The notes under the pieces were generated by a model. It was given only the letters and a program-made list of their open reading frames with translations. It was not told the origin of the DNA and made no database searches. DNA of 64,000 nt, taken from Podarcis cretensis. Taxonomy: Eukaryota. The DNA is taken from positions 48,546,001-48,610,000 of the forward strand of contig OX638149.1 in the NCBI GenBank assembly GCA_951804945.1, given 5' to 3'. The translations under genes were made by a program, and so were the position numbers. Below, piece after piece: positions 60,418 through 64,000 of the stretch. Every line of letters starts with the position of its first letter. Positions within the stretch are counted from its first letter, which is position 1.

Positions 60418-63400
60418 TAAGTTGTTTAGGAAGGGGGGGGGGACCAAGCCAAATTTAAGGTGCTGTTTTGACCCTGGCTTGTTTGGATAAAGCATGGTTA
60501 AAACTTACCAGTGTGTGCAGTTTGAATGAAAGAAGAATCCTCAGCTAGTTTAAAATAGAAGCTACTGCTTCCCATTTGCTCCTCACAGCCATGTCAGAGG
60601 AGAGGATGGGGAACGGGCTTATGTAAAAAATGCTAAACTGTGGTTCGGTGTGTTATAGCCAAGTGAGGGCAGTGTGTTTCCAAACATCTGGAGATCTACC
60701 TAATGATCATTGTTGTCTTAAACTGGCAGCAAAGCTCGTTGTATGAAACACCATGATCTAGGACACAATTTCATTAACCTATTTCGGCGATTTCTTGGTG
60801 TTCCGGCCAGATGACTTCCTTACCTCTTTTGAGACAGAGTATGACCTCATGGATAATGCTACATGGCTGGTTACTGTAGTATACTGACATCTTGTATACA
60901 CAACAAAGCGAATCCCAATCCCCTTGGGTGTGAGGGGCAGGGTTTCAGTGGGGTTTTTTCCCCTTTTTTATAAAGGAAGTACTGACAATATTTTTCCAAC
61001 TCATGTGATGTTTCCCATTCTAATCGTCTGTGTTGTTTTTCTTTCATACCCTCCTCTGGGGGCCAACACTTCTGGTTTCTGTTAGATTGAGGGGGGTAGT
61101 CTTAATTGTCAACATTCTTTGGGTGGGGTTGCATCATGTGAAGAACATTCTAAAAAAGCACCCTTTAAATTTCCAATGGTAATTGTTAAAAAGAAAAATA
61201 TTATATAAACAGTTGCAAATGAAATGTTGGGTTGGTAATAAAAGCTATACTTATATCTATACACACACACATATATTTACATATATATATATATATATAT
61301 ATAAATTGGGGGAGGTTACGCTTTATTTTTTAAAAAAATGAGATTTTTCTTCTGTCAAAAACCTTAGGTGCTCTAACTGCGCCAATTAAAGGGGGTGCAG
61401 AGAAGTCAGTAGCTAGAAATTCAGGAAAAGGAGTGTCTTTGTTGTGTGGTATCAGAGTGGATCAGTGATAGTAAATAAGTTTTAAAAGCAGGAAAAATAG
61501 GTATGTGGGAGAGAGTGATTTGGGTGGTGTGTGCACCCCCCCCCCACACACACACACCCCACTCATGGGCAGCTGCATAAAACGGCAAGAAGAAAGCTGC
61601 AGTGGCCAAAGGAATGCATTACTAAATACGAAAATACGAAATGTTCTTAAAGAGTTATGACAACGAATGAAAAGAAAATGAAGTATTTATTTTCATATGA
61701 AACCACAGAGAATTTTCATACATGCCACACTACGTTTGTAGTTCCTTATCACAAAAGATAAACACAGAGAGATAGACGTAGATGTAGATGTAGCCTGCAA
61801 ACCCCACTGAACTTAATAGGGCTTCCTTCTAAACAGGCATTCTTAAGATTGCTCTGAAAGAAGCTTAAAGACAGAAATGAGTGTGCTTTGGTCACGCAGG
61901 CAACTAGCTTAAGAGGGGGTGAGGAGGTTCACACCCCAAGAACGAAACCCTAGTTAAAGGTGGCTATATTCCAGGAAGAAATTAGGTTTCTTAAACTACG
62001 CGAAAAGTGGATCATCCCAATGGAGATGTGCGTGAGAAGAAAGGGCGCTGTGGACTGGAGAAGGTCTCCTGTGGGGCTGCCTGAGAGCTGCATCAGGGCA
62101 CAAGAGTGGTGAGCTGCGCCCAAAGTCACAAAGCTGGTTCCTTTTTACGGAACCACTTGTAACCCTGTGTAGGCATCCCAGCTCCAGCCCAAACATCAGC
62201 CGTGCTTTTCTGACCTAGTTTTGGTTGGTTTGCTTTTGCCTGTCCTAGTGCTTCAGAGGAAGGGGGAGCTAGAAATCTAGATGAATAAATATTTTGGTGC
62301 CTGCCCTACAGGGAGCCTTGACTTCAGAAATGAAAAGCTAGCAGTCTAAGGATCAGCTCTTCTGGAATAAGAAAAAAGTAATTGGATTTTACTTTATTGA
62401 CAGGGGGGAGAATCAGAGTTACCACAACCATATATAATCTCTGTTATTCAACACTATGTTCTTTCACACCTGCTAGGTGTTCCAATGCCTTGGTTCCAAC
62501 TATCTTTCTACCACAACTCTGTTTTCTTAACTGCTCGCTTTCCCACCATTGCTTGTTTATATATGTGCTTGGGTTCGTCTGTCACATGGGCCTCCTGCTC
62601 TTCCCTAAAGGAGCTTTGGAGAGTGAAGCTGAGATCTTATTTTATCCTTGCACTAACCTTGTGAGGTGGGCTTAAGGCTGAGCAGCGCGACCTCTGAGCT
62701 TCTCATTTCTGCCTGCCAGAAAGCTCTGCAAGGCTTGAAAGGTCATAACATTCAGTCCAGTCCAACGAAAGCTGTTATCATCTCACCTGCTTTGTCTCTC
62801 AAGTGTCTTGGTTTCCTGCTCTCGTGCCACATGATCTGTGTGGCCAGTCATTAATTTATTTTCTTATTTGAGCACTGGCCTGGGCGGTTCAAGGTCATCA
62901 GGTGAGTTCATATTTGATCCAGCCTAGCTCTGCCTTCCCATGCCTAGTTAATAAACCTAACTTGGGTACAGCAAATGCCGTTAAATGATGTCTCCTTGTG
63001 TGGTATCAGATACATTATTCCCATCCACTTCTTTCTTAAGATCACCTTGCCTGGGAGGAGTGCCATTGCCCATCTCATGGTTACTTTGCTGCCCTCAACA
63101 CGCACTGAAAAGAACTGTTCTGGGCCAACTATATCAGTGGAGTATTCCTTCCTTTTATTTTTTAAGTCATTAAATACAAGAAAAATAAACTGAACTGTTG
63201 TGTTGTCTTTGTTTTGATTGATTGGTTATTTAATTTCTAGACCACTTATTAAAAAGATTTCTGAGAAGGGTACAATAAAAGAAGCAACAGACAAAATATT
63301 ACAAAAATACAGTTATATTAATAAAAAGTTACTAATATATAAAAAAACCCAATATAAATCAATTTTCCTTCTGACACACGCTCCCTCTCAGCCTTCAGGT

Positions 63401-64000
63401 TCTTGCCCAGGTGCAATCGAACTCTCAACTCACCCACAAAATTCTTACAACTAGAGGAGTTCCTGGAAACAGCAGACAGGATAGTCTCTCAATGTAGACT
63501 TGCTTTTTATGGGCAGCCCCAAAGTAGATGGCATCTCCTCAGGCTGTCCACATTTGTGTCTCATTCCGCTGGCCCTCCACACCCAGTTCTAGGTGCAGCA
63601 GGTGTGCTGAGTTTCCCAGGTTGTCCAAAGGATGGGGAAAGGCCTCACAGCTCTTTCTTCACTCTCTGTACTCTTCTCCAGCTGCTTTGGTGAGCAGTAC
63701 AGCCACAAATCCACAACAGCCATGCCTGTGGTGCTAGTGCAGCAGGCTGTAAGTAGGTTCCAAGCAGCTAAGAGTCAGCCGTTAACCCTGTGTGGCCATC
63801 GTACTGGTTTCTCCCACTATAAAATGTTTAGAACTCCACTAAGTGTCCCTTTCCTTTACTCATTCAATCCAGCCAAGGCTCTGCTGGGAAAGAGGGAGAT
63901 ATGGTTCTCTCTTATTCACCTTCCACTCCACAGTCCCTCTACTACCCCTCACTGTTTCTGCAGAGCAAATGGGGGGCTGCAAGGGAAAGAGAACCCACGA

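Larger units (their letters stand above)
58636..61270 (+). other. SLC8A3: Probable SLC8A3 3' UTR (end uncertain; AATAAA at 58834, 59543, 61237; ATTAAA near 61385)
   Basis: AT-rich, largely non-repetitive sequence after the stop with several poly(A) hexamers; the true cleavage site cannot be fixed from sequence. Confidence 0.5.

Noticed and set aside
61700-64000. Downstream neighbouring gene exons
   Set aside because: No recognisable coding exon or protein motif on either strand.

Overview
Eukaryotic (vertebrate) genomic DNA from a squamate reptile, probably a lacertid lizard, judged from its Sauria-type SINEs and its CR1, L2 and Penelope content. It holds the 3' part of SLC8A3 (NCX3, Na+/Ca2+ exchanger 3) on the + strand. 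The parts present are the tail of the very long intron after the large first coding exon (upstream of the window), mutually exclusive CBD2 exons A (25188-25294, 107 nt) and B (29327-29430, 104 nt), an 18-nt microexon C (39219-39236), four constitutive exons (53301-53425, 54704-54803, 57014-57289, 58259-58635 with TAA) and a multi-kb 3' UTR. All exon phases join into one open frame. The introns are dense in transposon relics: CR1, L2, L1, Penelope, SINEs, Tc1/mariner and hAT MITEs, and a decayed Ty1/copia element. There are two N gaps. Almost all ORFs in the supplied track are spurious or TE-derived. Most notable observations: (i) minimal hammerhead ribozymes in two Penelope copies, one in the sense orientation of the pre-mRNA; (ii) a young inverted SINE pair bracketing both mutually exclusive exons; (iii) a TSD-bounded, inverted L1-5'UTR-like retrocopy carrying a strong CTCF motif; (iv) splicing-regulatory motifs around exons A, B and C; (v) a Copia relic; (vi) an L2 lacking its RT core. 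No prokaryotic-type system (CRISPR, operon) is present, and I cannot claim a wholly new system from sequence alone.
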